Shown: positions 1 through 9,238 of the stretch, piece by piece
Layout: the number at the start of each line of letters is the position of its first letter
Numbering within the stretch: the stretch's first letter is position 1
Source of the DNA: Rhodocyclaceae bacterium
GTDB lineage: Bacteria > Pseudomonadota > Gammaproteobacteria > Burkholderiales > Usitatibacteraceae
Direction: 5' to 3'
Length of the DNA: 64,000 nt
Assembly (NCBI GenBank): GCA_020247395.1
Contig: JADCJC010000007.1
Coordinates: forward strand, 2,434 to 66,433
Translations under genes and position numbers: made by a program
Notes under the pieces: generated by a model
What the model was told of the DNA's origin: nothing
Database searches by the model: none
The model's input: only the letters and a program-made list of their open reading frames with translations

Positions 1-1
1 G

Positions 2-1672
2 CGCTCCGTTATTGTGAAAAGACTCTCAGCCATTGAGGACTTGGGTGCGATGGACGTGCTTTGTACCGACAAGACCGGTACACTAACCGAAGCCCGGGTC
101 GCGCTGGTGGAAAGTCTGGACCTCGATGGCCAGGCGAGCTCGCATGCGCATACGCTGGCCTTCCTCAACAGCAACTTTGAAACCGGTGTGCGCACGCCAA
201 TGGACGATGCAGTGTTGGCTTACGCGACACCCGAGCACACAGGGTGGCACAAGCTTGGTGAGATTCCGTTCGACTTTGACCGGCGCCGCGTGTCGGTGCA
301 TGTGGCGCGCGAAGTGGTGGGTGAGACGGCCACTGAGCACGCGTCATTGCTTGTCACCAAGGGCGCGCCCGAGGATGTGCTAAGCCTTTGCAGCGCATAC
401 GAGCGCCGCGATGCGGGCAACGATGGGCAGGAGAGCCAGCTGCCGATGGAGGATGCGGAACGACAACGCGCGCGCGCACTCTACGACCGGCTCGGCAATG
501 AGGGCTTTCGTGTGCTGGCGGTAGCGTGGAAGGCTTTGCCCACTGAAATGCACGCCGATTTGGCCGCTGCAGAGAACGCCATGGTATGCGCTGGCTTTCT
601 GGCCTTTCTTGATCCACCCAAGGTCAGTGCGGCGAACTCGATTCGTGAGCTGGCGACGCGGGGCGTTCGTGTCAAGGTAGTGACCGGCGATAACGAATTG
701 GTCACGCGCCGCGTTTGCCACGCCCTAGGCATGCATCCTCAGCGCATTATGTTGGGCAGCGAACTTGTTGTCATTGACGATGCGCAGCTCGACGCGCTGG
801 TGGAGGGCATCGATGTGTTTTGTCGCATCAATCCTGCGCAGAAGAAGCGCATCGTCGAGGCATTGCGTCGCCGCGGCAACGTCGTGGGCTTTTTGGGTGA
901 CGGTATCAACGACGCACCGGCGTTAATCGCGGCTGATGTGGGCCTCTCGGTCGACAGCGCAGTCGACATCGCCAAGGAAGCGGCAGACATGATTCTGCTC
1001 AAGCCTGATCTTGTCGTGCTGCGCGACGCGGTGGTCGAGGGACGCCGCACGCTGGTGAACATCCGCAAGTATGTCCTGATGGGAACCAGTTCCAATTTCG
1101 GCAATATGTTCAGCATGGCTGGTGCCTCGCTGTTTCTCCCCTTCTTAGCGATGCTGCCCACGCAGATACTGCTCAATAACATTCTTTACGACCTTTCGCA
1201 GGTGGCGATTCCGACCGATCGCGTCGATGAAGTGGAACTTGCCAGCCCGCAGCACTGGGACATGTCTGTCATTCGTAACTTCATGCTGATGATTGGCCCC
1301 GTCAGTTCGCTGTTTGACTTCGTGACCTTCTATTTGCTTCTCAAGTTTCTCGATGCCAACGAATCCATGTTTCAAACCGGCTGGTTCATCGAGTCGCTCG
1401 CCACGCAGGTATTGGTGATTTTTGTGATTCGCAGCCAGTACCCGGCATTCGGCGCGCGGACCAGTCGTCCTGCATGGCCGGTGGTTGTTGCCACGCTGTC
1501 GATGCTATGTGTGGCCTGGCTCCTCACAGTGACGCCCGTCGGCCATTACTTCGGCTTCTCAACTTTGCCCGCGCATGCCTTCGCAGTGCTGGTGGCGCTG
1601 GTACTGATCTACCTCGTTCTAGTGGAAATCATGAAGATGTTTTTTTACCGGCACTTCTCGACCAATCCTTGA
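2..1672 (+). CDS. mgtA: Mg2+-transporting P-type ATPase, C-terminal ~556 aa (5' end outside window)
   Basis: The frame is open from base 2 (RSVIVKRLSAIEDLGAMDVLCTDKTGTLT). It carries the phosphorylation motif DKTGT, the hinge GDGINDAPAL, and an MgtA-type C-terminal membrane segment (LLNNILYDLSQVAIPTD...GPVSSLFDFVTF). Confidence 0.8.
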   Translation, partial: RSVIVKRLSAIEDLGAMDVLCTDKTGTLTEARVALVESLDLDGQASSHAHTLAFLNSNFETGVRTPMDDAVLAYATPEHTGWHKLGEIPFDFDRRRVSVHVAREVVGETATEHASLLVTKGAPEDVLSLCSAYERRDAGNDGQESQLPMEDAERQRARALYDRLGNEGFRVLAVAWKALPTEMHADLAAAENAMVCAGFLAFLDPPKVSAANSIRELATRGVRVKVVTGDNELVTRRVCHALGMHPQRIMLGSELVVIDDAQLDALVEGIDVFCRINPAQKKRIVEALRRRGNVVGFLGDGINDAPALIAADVGLSVDSAVDIAKEAADMILLKPDLVVLRDAVVEGRRTLVNIRKYVLMGTSSNFGNMFSMAGASLFLPFLAMLPTQILLNNILYDLSQVAIPTDRVDEVELASPQHWDMSVIRNFMLMIGPVSSLFDFVTFYLLLKFLDANESMFQTGWFIESLATQVLVIFVIRSQYPAFGARTSRPAWPVVVATLSMLCVAWLLTVTPVGHYFGFSTLPAHAFAVLVALVLIYLVLVEIMKMFFYRHFSTNP

Positions 1673-2130
1673 GGCTTGCGATAGAACAATTAGTATGGCG
1701 GCCGCATCCTGCAATTGTGCGGTGGGCGCGCACCGTGAGGATGACGAACTTGCGTTCTTTCCCGCTTCTTGCATATGTCGTTGCCCATCAAGGTCTGCGT
1801 GTTCACTTAGAGCGAGTGGTTGCGGAGTTGCAGGCGGATTTTTGCATGCTCGTCGGCGGCTGGCAGGATTTGCTGCGCAAGCTGATTTCGTTCTGCGAAC
1901 GTAGTATGAGCAATCTGCATGTGGATGTCACGACTTTTGTCACGATGCATCGACACCTATTGAAGGGCGCTGACACGGGCTTACTATCAATCGCACCTCG
2001 TGACTTTAACTAGGATGTGCTGAACGGGAGTTGCGCGGCGCAACTGGCGAGGTGGCGTTGGCGACACCGAAAGATAAGTAGCGGTTAGATTCGCTGACTA
2101 TCTCTATTTGATGTCGTCATTCGTCTTAGG

Positions 2131-3219
2131 CTATAGCGGTACCACAATGCCAATACGTGTGCCCTGGCCTGTGACGGACTCGACGGTAACGGTTCCGCCC
2201 ATCGCCATAGCGCGTTCACGCATGCCGACCAAGCCGAATGAGTCCGACGATGGCGCTAATGCTGGATCCATGCCAACGCCATCGTCCCGCACCGAGACGG
2301 CCAGAGAGCCGCTTTGGTGCGTAAGCTCCACAGACACGATTTTAGCCTGCGCATGTTTGACAATGTTGTTCAGAGATTCCTGCACCATGCGGTAGATGGG
2401 GGACGCGATTTCGTCGGGTATTGTCATTTCGTCGGGTGGCAACGCGACACGAATTGTCAGCCCATAGCGGCGGCTGATTTCTTCGCTCAATAGTGTCAAT
2501 GCAGCAGGCAAGCCTAGGTCGTCGAGCGGACGCGGGCGCAGATCAGCCGAAATGCGACGCACGGCAGTGATGGCCGTATAGAGCAACTCGTCGATGCCCG
2601 TGACGCGGTTAAGCAAGTCATTACGGTCCTGCGGAAGTTCACCACGCAGCAACATCAAGTCGATACGTAGCGCCGCGAGCATTTGCCCGAGGTCGTCGTG
2701 CAGTTCGCGGGCGATGCGTTTGCGCTCTTGCTCCCGCACGTCCTGCATACCGTCGTAGAGGGCACGCAGCGATTCTTGAGAGGCTTCAAGTTGCCGCAGC
2801 ATCTGCTTGCGGGTCGTAATGTCGCGTAGGATGATAGTGAAATAGTGTTGATCGTCCTCGATCACATGTGAAATGGATGCATCGATGGGGAACTCTTCCC
2901 CTGAGGCCCGGACGCCGACCACATTGGCTTCGCCACCCATTCGACGCACGCTTTGGCCCGTTTTGCTGAAGTGCTCAATATGTTCGGCATGTGCGGCATG
3001 AAAGCGCATCGGGATCAACTTTGAGATGTGTGCGTGCATAAGCGTATCGGCTGCGTAGCCAAACACTTGCTCGGCAGCCTTGTTCGCAAACGTGACGTAA
3101 TGCAGGTGGTCGACCATGATGATCGCATCGGTGGTCGTGTTGACCAGCGCAGCCAAACGCCGCTCTCGCGTACTGGCACTCTCGTTGGATTGGGGATTGC
3201 CGACGTTAGACATGGTCAT
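2131..3219 (-). CDS. PAS-domain sensor histidine kinase, HisKA_3 (NarL-partner) type
   Basis: N-terminal PAS-like region (TTDAIIMVD...FPIDASISH), H-box ELHDDLGQ, and a C-terminal HATPase (VRDDGVGM...GLVGMRERA). Confidence 0.8.
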   Translation of the reverse strand: MTMSNVGNPQSNESASTRERRLAALVNTTTDAIIMVDHLHYVTFANKAAEQVFGYAADTLMHAHISKLIPMRFHAAHAEHIEHFSKTGQSVRRMGGEANVVGVRASGEEFPIDASISHVIEDDQHYFTIILRDITTRKQMLRQLEASQESLRALYDGMQDVREQERKRIARELHDDLGQMLAALRIDLMLLRGELPQDRNDLLNRVTGIDELLYTAITAVRRISADLRPRPLDDLGLPAALTLLSEEISRRYGLTIRVALPPDEMTIPDEIASPIYRMVQESLNNIVKHAQAKIVSVELTHQSGSLAVSVRDDGVGMDPALAPSSDSFGLVGMRERAMAMGGTVTVESVTGQGTRIGIVVPL

Positions 3220-3532
3220 CGCTCCGAGTGTCGCAAAGTAGCTATCGGACGTTTTTTGGGGCGCGCCTGCGTACGCACGGCATCCGAAAGATGCTTACAA
3301 ATCTGTGGGAGGTAGTACAGGACAGGGGAAAACGACTACTTTGCGGCAGGCAACAATGTGACGATCAACAGCGGTGCCTCTCCCTGACGTATTATACGTA
3401 GTGGAACCGTGCTTATTGATGGCGAAGTCGATGGGAATGTCATCACCCTCAGCGGTAACCTGCGTGTCAATCTAAAGGTGGCGAATGCGCTGTACGCGGC
3501 TGGTGGTCAGCTTTGCGTCAATGGCGTGTCGG

Positions 3533-4573
3533 TCAGGCACGCCCCGCTTCACGTTGCCCGGCTGGTTTCTCCTCATCAATTTCAGACTCGCGAGACGTGA
3601 AGATATCGCTGCACAAGCGCTGAAGTAGCGGCACGCCGCGCACCTCGGTCTCATAAAGCGGCACGATGGCGCGCACGTTATCGCCAAATTCGCGCAAGAT
3701 GGTCTGCATGTGCTCCTGCTGCATCGCTAGACGGTTCTTGACGAAGTCTGCGGCATCGGCACCGACCGTCTTGGGGTCGATCACCATGTTGACAAGTACA
3801 CCACCGACCGGAATGCCGAAGTCCTTGAACCACTGCATGAAGCGCGTCACCACTGCGATTGGCAGCGCCTCTGGCAGCGTGATGAAATAGAAAGCAGTTA
3901 GTTTAGGGTCGGTGAGCAGTACACGCGCCTTGTCCATGCGATCACGGAACGAGACCAAGTAGTTCATCAACGGGTCTTCTTCTTTTTTCTTGGTAAAAGA
4001 GAGCATCTCACGAAGGCTGCGCGCTTCTTCACGGCTCTTCAGCATCTTGTTGACCCATAATGAATAGACCGAGGACATGCCGAGAAGTCGCCGCGCGTTC
4101 GCGGTTGGTGCGGTGTCGAACACATACACGTCGTATTCGTTCTTCAGCATCAGATCGACCATGCTTTCAAACATAGCTGATTCTTCGAAGGCGGGATTCA
4201 TGGTGGCCGATTCGACGAAGTCATCCGCCTTGGTCGTGATGTCGGCAAATTTCAAAAACCAGCGAATTTTTTCTCGAATCTCCACCTTATTGCGCTCGAT
4301 GCTTTCGCGTGTGTCGATCTCATTGGCCCACAGATTGGGAACACCGTCGATGGCCACGTGTTTGCCGAGCATGTCGCGGCTGAACAGGCCACTTAGACTG
4401 TGTACCGGATTGGTCGAGACCAGCAGGGTACGTTTTCCCTGACGCGCAATACCAATCGCGGCGGCAGCTGCAAACACAGTCTTTCCGACGCCACCTTTAC
4501 CGCCGAAGAATAGATACTTTAGCGACGGATGCTCGCGCAAATGGCGGTTCATGTTGATGGTGATTTCGGGCAT
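3533..4573 (-). CDS. ArsA/Get3-class P-loop ATPase, single-domain (copy B)
   Basis: P-loop FFGGKGGVGKT, the motifs TNPVHSL and DTAPT, and only one Cys. The ATG at 4573 is preceded by GGGGAGAG. Confidence 0.75.
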   Translation of the reverse strand: MPEITINMNRHLREHPSLKYLFFGGKGGVGKTVFAAAAAIGIARQGKRTLLVSTNPVHSLSGLFSRDMLGKHVAIDGVPNLWANEIDTRESIERNKVEIREKIRWFLKFADITTKADDFVESATMNPAFEESAMFESMVDLMLKNEYDVYVFDTAPTANARRLLGMSSVYSLWVNKMLKSREEARSLREMLSFTKKKEEDPLMNYLVSFRDRMDKARVLLTDPKLTAFYFITLPEALPIAVVTRFMQWFKDFGIPVGGVLVNMVIDPKTVGADAADFVKNRLAMQQEHMQTILREFGDNVRAIVPLYETEVRGVPLLQRLCSDIFTSRESEIDEEKPAGQREAGRA

Positions 4574-4605
4574 CGCCACTCTCCCCGTTTAAGTCAGTTC
4601 CGCCA

Positions 4606-5577
4606 TTAAGCGAACATTGCAGCGGACATTTTTTCGATCATGGCGAGTCCCGTCACATCGCGTTCCATCTCGGGTACTTGCGCCATCAACTGCTTGCCGA
4701 ACGCAGTCTGCAGGTGCCCCATATGCTCATCCTGCATGGCGATACGGTTACGCAGGTACTCGGGAATGTTCTGCTTCAGCAAATCGCGCGGGATGACGCG
4801 ATTGACCACATAGCCCGCTACTGGCACGCTGAATTGTTCGAACATGAGTGCCGCTTTCTTTGTGTCATCAATCACCATCGCTTCCGGCACCACAACAAAA
4901 TAGAACGCAGTCTTTTGTTTGTCGGTGAGAATGCCAGCCGAAGTATTGATGCGGTTTTTTATGTAAAGGAGCTCATTGAGTATCTGGTCCTGTTCATTGG
5001 TCTGGTCACGACGGATACGGCGCACCATCTCCTCGTATTCACGCATCTCCTCGCGCAACTTGGTGACCTTGTTAATCCATTCATCGTACACCTTCGCCAT
5101 CGACAGGTAGTAGAGCGCATGTCCCAGTGGTACCAGATCGTAAATGTAATAGTCGAAATCGCCTTTCATCACTACATCAACCACCGCGTCGAAGATGGCG
5201 CTTTCTTCCATGGCCGGTTCCGCACTAGCGGCTTGAATGTAGTTTTCAATTTCCTCCGGCACGGCGGGCATGCCGTACATGTCGAGAATCTTCCTGCGAA
5301 TTTCGTCTTGATAGGTTCGGATGTGGCTGTCGGCGTCGATCTCCTGTGCCCACAGGTTCTGCATGATCGGCACAGGCCCTTTGCCGAAGATATCTTTCTT
5401 AAAAATGTCGGTAAGAGACGCCTGCGGATCGACCGAGAACAGCAGCACTTTTTTACCCTGGCTCGCCAGCCAGAAAGCGGCGGCGGCCGAGAAAGTGGTT
5501 TTACCGAGTCCGCCCTTGCCGCCGAACATGATGTAGCGGCGCTCGGGATGGTCGAGAAACGCTTGTTTTAGTCCCAT
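4606..5577 (-). CDS. ArsA/Get3-class P-loop ATPase, single-domain (copy A, divergent switch motif)
   Basis: P-loop FGGKGGLGKTT. It has DPQASL in place of DPAHS and DLVPLGH in place of DTAPTGH, and contains no Cys. The ATG at 5577 is preceded by GAGGGAG. Confidence 0.75.
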   Translation of the reverse strand: MGLKQAFLDHPERRYIMFGGKGGLGKTTFSAAAAFWLASQGKKVLLFSVDPQASLTDIFKKDIFGKGPVPIMQNLWAQEIDADSHIRTYQDEIRRKILDMYGMPAVPEEIENYIQAASAEPAMEESAIFDAVVDVVMKGDFDYYIYDLVPLGHALYYLSMAKVYDEWINKVTKLREEMREYEEMVRRIRRDQTNEQDQILNELLYIKNRINTSAGILTDKQKTAFYFVVVPEAMVIDDTKKAALMFEQFSVPVAGYVVNRVIPRDLLKQNIPEYLRNRIAMQDEHMGHLQTAFGKQLMAQVPEMERDVTGLAMIEKMSAAMFA

Positions 5578-5588
5578 GACGTGCTCCC

Positions 5589-5870
5589 TCAACCGAACAT
5601 TGCATCGGCCACGTCTTTTTCACGCAGCATGCGTCGCTTCCAAGTGGCAATCTGCGGCACCACATAGGGCAGCAAGCGCAGGCTGTAGTAGGGCGGCAAA
5701 ATCGGAATGCCGAGCAGGTCGCCCATTGTTATGAGAATGAACAGGTGCTCCATCGACGCACGTGTACGCAAAGCGGCGCGGCTCATATCGTGCGCGGCCA
5801 TGCCGTAAACCGTATCGCTAAGGTTGTGCCAAATACGTTTTGCCAAGGCTTCTTTCTCTTCGTCGGTCAT
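5589..5870 (-). CDS. small conserved hypothetical protein (93 aa), paralog 1 of the ArsA-linked pair
   Basis: An AAGGAG Shine-Dalgarno sequence lies 9 nt before the ATG at 5870. The core GIPILPPYYSLRLLPYVVPQIATWKRRMLRE is shared with the next ORF. The stop lies 11 nt upstream of the ATG (5577) of ATPase copy A. Confidence 0.6.
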   Translation of the reverse strand: MTDEEKEALAKRIWHNLSDTVYGMAAHDMSRAALRTRASMEHLFILITMGDLLGIPILPPYYSLRLLPYVVPQIATWKRRMLREKDVADAMFG

Positions 5871-5909
5871 GTTCATTACTCCTTTGAAATCAGTCACATA
5901 AACAGAAGA

Positions 5910-6158
5910 TTAAATGCCGTGCAAGTGATGTTCATGGTCACTGCCCAACTCGCGCTCGCGTAGCACACGTCGCTTCCAGCCTTCGAGTTGCGGCACAACG
6001 TACGGCAACAAGCGTAGCGCGTAATAGGGCGGCAGGACGGGTACGCCCACTATCTCGCCATGTAACGCGAGCAGAAACAGTGTTTCGAGTGAGCCGCGCA
6101 TTTCGCGAGCCTGCTGCACGATTTCATAAGTGGCAAAGCCGTAGAAGAACTCGCGCAT
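5910..6158 (-). CDS. small conserved hypothetical protein (82 aa), paralog 2, His-rich C-terminus
   Basis: Internal Met of track ORF 5910..6629. The core GVPVLPPYYALRLLPYVVPQLEGWKRRVLRE is paralogous to 5589..5870, and the protein ends DHEHHLHGI. Confidence 0.55.
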   Translation of the reverse strand: MREFFYGFATYEIVQQAREMRGSLETLFLLALHGEIVGVPVLPPYYALRLLPYVVPQLEGWKRRVLRERELGSDHEHHLHGI

Positions 6159-6225
6159 GGCGGTGCGCCAGCGCTCACCACTAGATGTTGTGGCTTCGTG
6201 TGCTGTGCTATCGTACGGAAACATC

Positions 6226-6840
6226 ATGGAACCTATCGGAATTATTGCGGTTATCATCGTCGCCTGGTTTGCGGCCGGTACGATTTGGAACGTGCACAAG
6301 GGCCGCGAAGTCATGCGCTGGTTGCAGCAGGGATTGCCGCAGCTCGGGGCGCGTACGACGGTGCGCTGGCTCGGCTCCAGCGTCGTAGAGTTGGTGATAC
6401 AAAATCCCGTCGCGCCGTTCTCCGCGATCACGCTCATTGTATTCTTGCGCGCCCGCGATCTGCCCTGGGGTTGGTTCGGTCGCCGTCGCGATGCGCTGAT
6501 CGTGCGTGCCATGCTTAACAGCGCACCAACGCAAGAATGCGAAGTGCTCGACGAATCCACTTGGTCTGGGCATGAAGCGCGGTCGCGCATACCGCAAGCA
6601 TGGCGCAAACGAGATGACGCCAAGCTCACGATCTATCATGCGCATCCCGCAGCGCCGCCACACCTGAATCAGATGCTGACGAGATTGCGCCAGAGCGGCT
6701 ATGTGTTGCACCGCCTGTCGCTTCGCGCCGCCGCGCCGCACTTTCAGATTCATATCGCGATGCCAAATGTTGAAGTGCCGACCAAGTCTTCGCGCGAATT
6801 GGCTGGACTGATGCGTGATGTTGCACAACATATGGCGTGA
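6226..6840 (+). CDS. hypothetical protein with N-terminal transmembrane anchor, divergent from the ArsA module
   Basis: The ATG at 6226 gives MEPIGIIAVIIVAWFAAGTIW (hydrophobic). Third codon positions are GC-rich, whereas the overlapping minus-strand ORFs are Arg-rich junk. Confidence 0.5.
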   Translation: MEPIGIIAVIIVAWFAAGTIWNVHKGREVMRWLQQGLPQLGARTTVRWLGSSVVELVIQNPVAPFSAITLIVFLRARDLPWGWFGRRRDALIVRAMLNSAPTQECEVLDESTWSGHEARSRIPQAWRKRDDAKLTIYHAHPAAPPHLNQMLTRLRQSGYVLHRLSLRAAAPHFQIHIAMPNVEVPTKSSRELAGLMRDVAQHMA

Positions 6841-6931
6841 GCCGATTGTTTGAGCGGTCTGCATTGCAATGCGCCTGAGTTATGCAGTGGCTGTCGCGTT
6901 GATTGTCGCTGTTTGACGCCGTTGGCTAGCC

Positions 6932-8854
6932 TCAGGCCTGACGCGTCGCTACGCTCGGTGGCACCGGTGCAGCGGGTGTTTGACCGTAGCGCATGTAGGC
7001 CTTGTAGCCATCCCACCCAATCATCAATGCGGCAATGAACAGCAGCACCGACACACCGATCATCGCCCATGCTCCTGCCACCGGCAACCCGCTCATCTCG
7101 GGATTGGCAGCGATGGTCACGTAGAGGTTGCGCGCCGTGACGATGGTGGCTGCAAGCGTAGTGATGTACATGAACACCATTGGGACAACCGCGTAGGCCG
7201 GGCTGCGTTTTTCCGAGCGCAGCCAGACGGACACCACGATCAGACTCAGTGCAGCCATCAGCTGATTGGAGGCACCGAACATCTGCCATAGATAGACCCA
7301 AGTTCCCGTCAACACCAGCGCCAGCGTGAGGCCCATCGAAATCACGCTCGACACATGCATATTGCGAACTGGTGGAATCAGATCGCCCACCCACTCGGTC
7401 AGCGTGACACGCATGACACGGAACACTAGCTGCGTCACCGTCAATACGATCACGACGAACGTACCGAAGCCCAGTGCGGTGCCGAAAATTTCCGGAGTCG
7501 CGCCGAAACTGCCCGCGTAGACGAGCTTTCCCACACCTTGCGCAAAGCGTCCACCGCCACCACCAGCACCGGCGATCGACACAGCCGTCAATGAGAGCAA
7601 TGCGAGAGTGTTTTCTCCTAGCATGCCGCCTGCACCTACCGGCAGCGCATCGGTCTCGTATTCAAGTTGCCGGGCGGTGCCCACCGAGCCAACCAGCGCA
7701 TGCCAACCGGAGATAGCACCACAAGCGATTGTCACGAATAGCATTGGCCACAGCGGCTGCCATGCTTTGCCCTCCTGCACGGTGAAGCCCATGTCTTTCA
7801 AGGCGGGCAATGCGAATTGTCCGATCAAATTGCCAGCCGCATCCTTGGTGTCGAGTAGTGGGGCGACGACCATGCCGACGGCGCTCAGCAGGATCGTAAT
7901 CAGCATCACCCAGAAACCGATATACGCAACGGGCTGCGCGAATCGCCAGATCGGTAGATTGGCACCCATGTAGCTGAAGCCGAACAGAAACACCAGCCAT
8001 AACAAATAATTGGGCAAGGTTTTCAGTAGTCCAGTTTCAGCATCGTAAGCAGGCGTGGATACACGTTTTCCGTCTTTGCCCGGCGCGGGAATGCGTGGAT
8101 CAGCAGCTGTCGGGTCGACGACTGTAAATAAAGCCTTGTGATCATTGATGCTGTCGACACTGCTGTTCAAGGAGGCGACGACCGCTGCAACCGGGCCGTT
8201 TACCAACGCCCCCTTGTCATCGCGGTGTTGCCCCCACGGGCCGGCCGCCATGCCCACTAAAGTAAGCGTGACGACCAGAGCAGTGACACCTACTATGCTC
8301 AACTTCCAGCGGTACATCATTTGCCCGGCGAGTAATCCCATCAGCGCGAGTACCACAATGCCAAAGGGCACATCGGGCCGCGCAGAGAGAATCGCTGCAA
8401 GAATGCCGATGAAGGCACCCGCCAGCAGCATCAGGTAAAAAAAGATGAACACGAACAGTATCGTGCGCGTGCGTGGCGCTATGAGCCGGTGGGCGATGGC
8501 CGAAAGACTGTTCCCGTCGTTGCGCACCGCCACCATGATCGCCGAGTAGTCGCTGACCCAGCCGATGAAACTCACCCCCAGCACAAGCCATGCAAGTGCG
8601 GGAGACCATCCCCACAAGTTGGCTGCCGTGATCGGACCGACGATCGGCCCGGCCGCCGCAATGGCCTTGAAGTGATATCCGAACAGCACGTTGCGGCTGG
8701 TCGGCATGAAGTCCACACCATCCATGTACATCCGTGCCGGCGTGGCGCGCTTTGGATCGGCCTGAATGACGTCGCGGTCGATGCGCTTGGCGTAGAAATT
8801 GTATGCAACGTAAATGGTGATAACACCGATCACCACAATCCAGAGAGTGTTCAT
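6932..8854 (-). CDS. cstA: carbon starvation protein A family transporter
   Basis: CstA-type N-terminus (DGVDFMPTSRNVLFGYHFKAIAAAGPIVGP) in a polytopic membrane protein. The ATG at 8854 is preceded by CAGGAGG. Confidence 0.85.
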   Translation of the reverse strand: MNTLWIVVIGVITIYVAYNFYAKRIDRDVIQADPKRATPARMYMDGVDFMPTSRNVLFGYHFKAIAAAGPIVGPITAANLWGWSPALAWLVLGVSFIGWVSDYSAIMVAVRNDGNSLSAIAHRLIAPRTRTILFVFIFFYLMLLAGAFIGILAAILSARPDVPFGIVVLALMGLLAGQMMYRWKLSIVGVTALVVTLTLVGMAAGPWGQHRDDKGALVNGPVAAVVASLNSSVDSINDHKALFTVVDPTAADPRIPAPGKDGKRVSTPAYDAETGLLKTLPNYLLWLVFLFGFSYMGANLPIWRFAQPVAYIGFWVMLITILLSAVGMVVAPLLDTKDAAGNLIGQFALPALKDMGFTVQEGKAWQPLWPMLFVTIACGAISGWHALVGSVGTARQLEYETDALPVGAGGMLGENTLALLSLTAVSIAGAGGGGGRFAQGVGKLVYAGSFGATPEIFGTALGFGTFVVIVLTVTQLVFRVMRVTLTEWVGDLIPPVRNMHVSSVISMGLTLALVLTGTWVYLWQMFGASNQLMAALSLIVVSVWLRSEKRSPAYAVVPMVFMYITTLAATIVTARNLYVTIAANPEMSGLPVAGAWAMIGVSVLLFIAALMIGWDGYKAYMRYGQTPAAPVPPSVATRQA

Positions 8855-8944
8855 ATCGGCCTCCTGTTCTCTGTGGTGCCGCATGATTGCAACACCGGTA
8901 ATGACTACCTAGGAAGTATTGTGTCCCTGTGAGCTAAGGCGCTA

Positions 8945-8958
8945 TTGATCGTTATCAA
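8945..8958. promoter_or_regulatory. perfect FNR/CRP-family box TTGAT-CGTT-ATCAA upstream of cstA
   Basis: Read directly as ttgatcgttatcaa. The centre lies about 97 bp upstream of the cstA ATG. It overlaps a second palindrome, TGATCGTT-ATC-AACGATCA. Confidence 0.6.
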
Positions 8959-8968
8959 CGATCATGCA

Positions 8969-9238
8969 CTATGCGCCCTTGTTCGCTGCCGCCGTCGCAA
9001 CGTAGCGCACACAATCGTCGATGGTCATGAGCTTGGCATAAGCGCTTTCGGGAATCTCAATCTCGAAGGTTTGATGCAGACCGATCATGAAATTCAGTGC
9101 GTCCATCGAGTCCATATCGAGTTGGTCACGCACTGGCTTATCCGATTTCAGTGTCTGCTCTTCGAGTTCGGGCACCACTTTGGCAAGCGCCTCCAGAATG
9201 TTTTTGCGGATTTCTGCTTCAGTCATAGCCTGCGTCAT
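8969..9238 (-). CDS. acyl carrier protein-like (phosphopantetheine-binding) protein
   Basis: 89 aa with the PP-attachment motif DQLDMDSMDALNF. The start overlaps the E2 stop by 4 nt. Confidence 0.7.
   Translation of the reverse strand: MTQAMTEAEIRKNILEALAKVVPELEEQTLKSDKPVRDQLDMDSMDALNFMIGLHQTFEIEIPESAYAKLMTIDDCVRYVATAAANKGA

Noticed and set aside
1741-2013. A possible 90-aa ORF (MTNLRSFPLLAYVV...) between mgtA and the histidine kinase.
   Set aside because: Codon usage is plausible, but there is no recognisable family and the Shine-Dalgarno spacing is poor (GAGG immediately abutting the ATG). It is left unannotated pending homology or expression evidence.
4678-5571. Long antisense 'shadow' ORFs inside confidently assigned genes. 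Examples are 4678..5571 +, 739..1182 -, 17478..18095 +, 34536..35393 -, 48004..48705 -, 52448..52987 - and 58209..58880 -.
   Set aside because: They overlap motif-supported genes on the opposite strand and have Arg/His/Ser-rich compositions typical of GC-rich antisense frames. None contains a recognisable motif.
5910-6629. A 239-aa minus-strand ORF extending far upstream of small protein 2.
   Set aside because: Only the last 82 codons are paralogous to the neighbouring small protein. The upstream part is Ser/Arg/Cys-rich, low-complexity sequence antisense to the better-looking plus-strand ORF 6226..6840. The gene was truncated to the Met at 6158.
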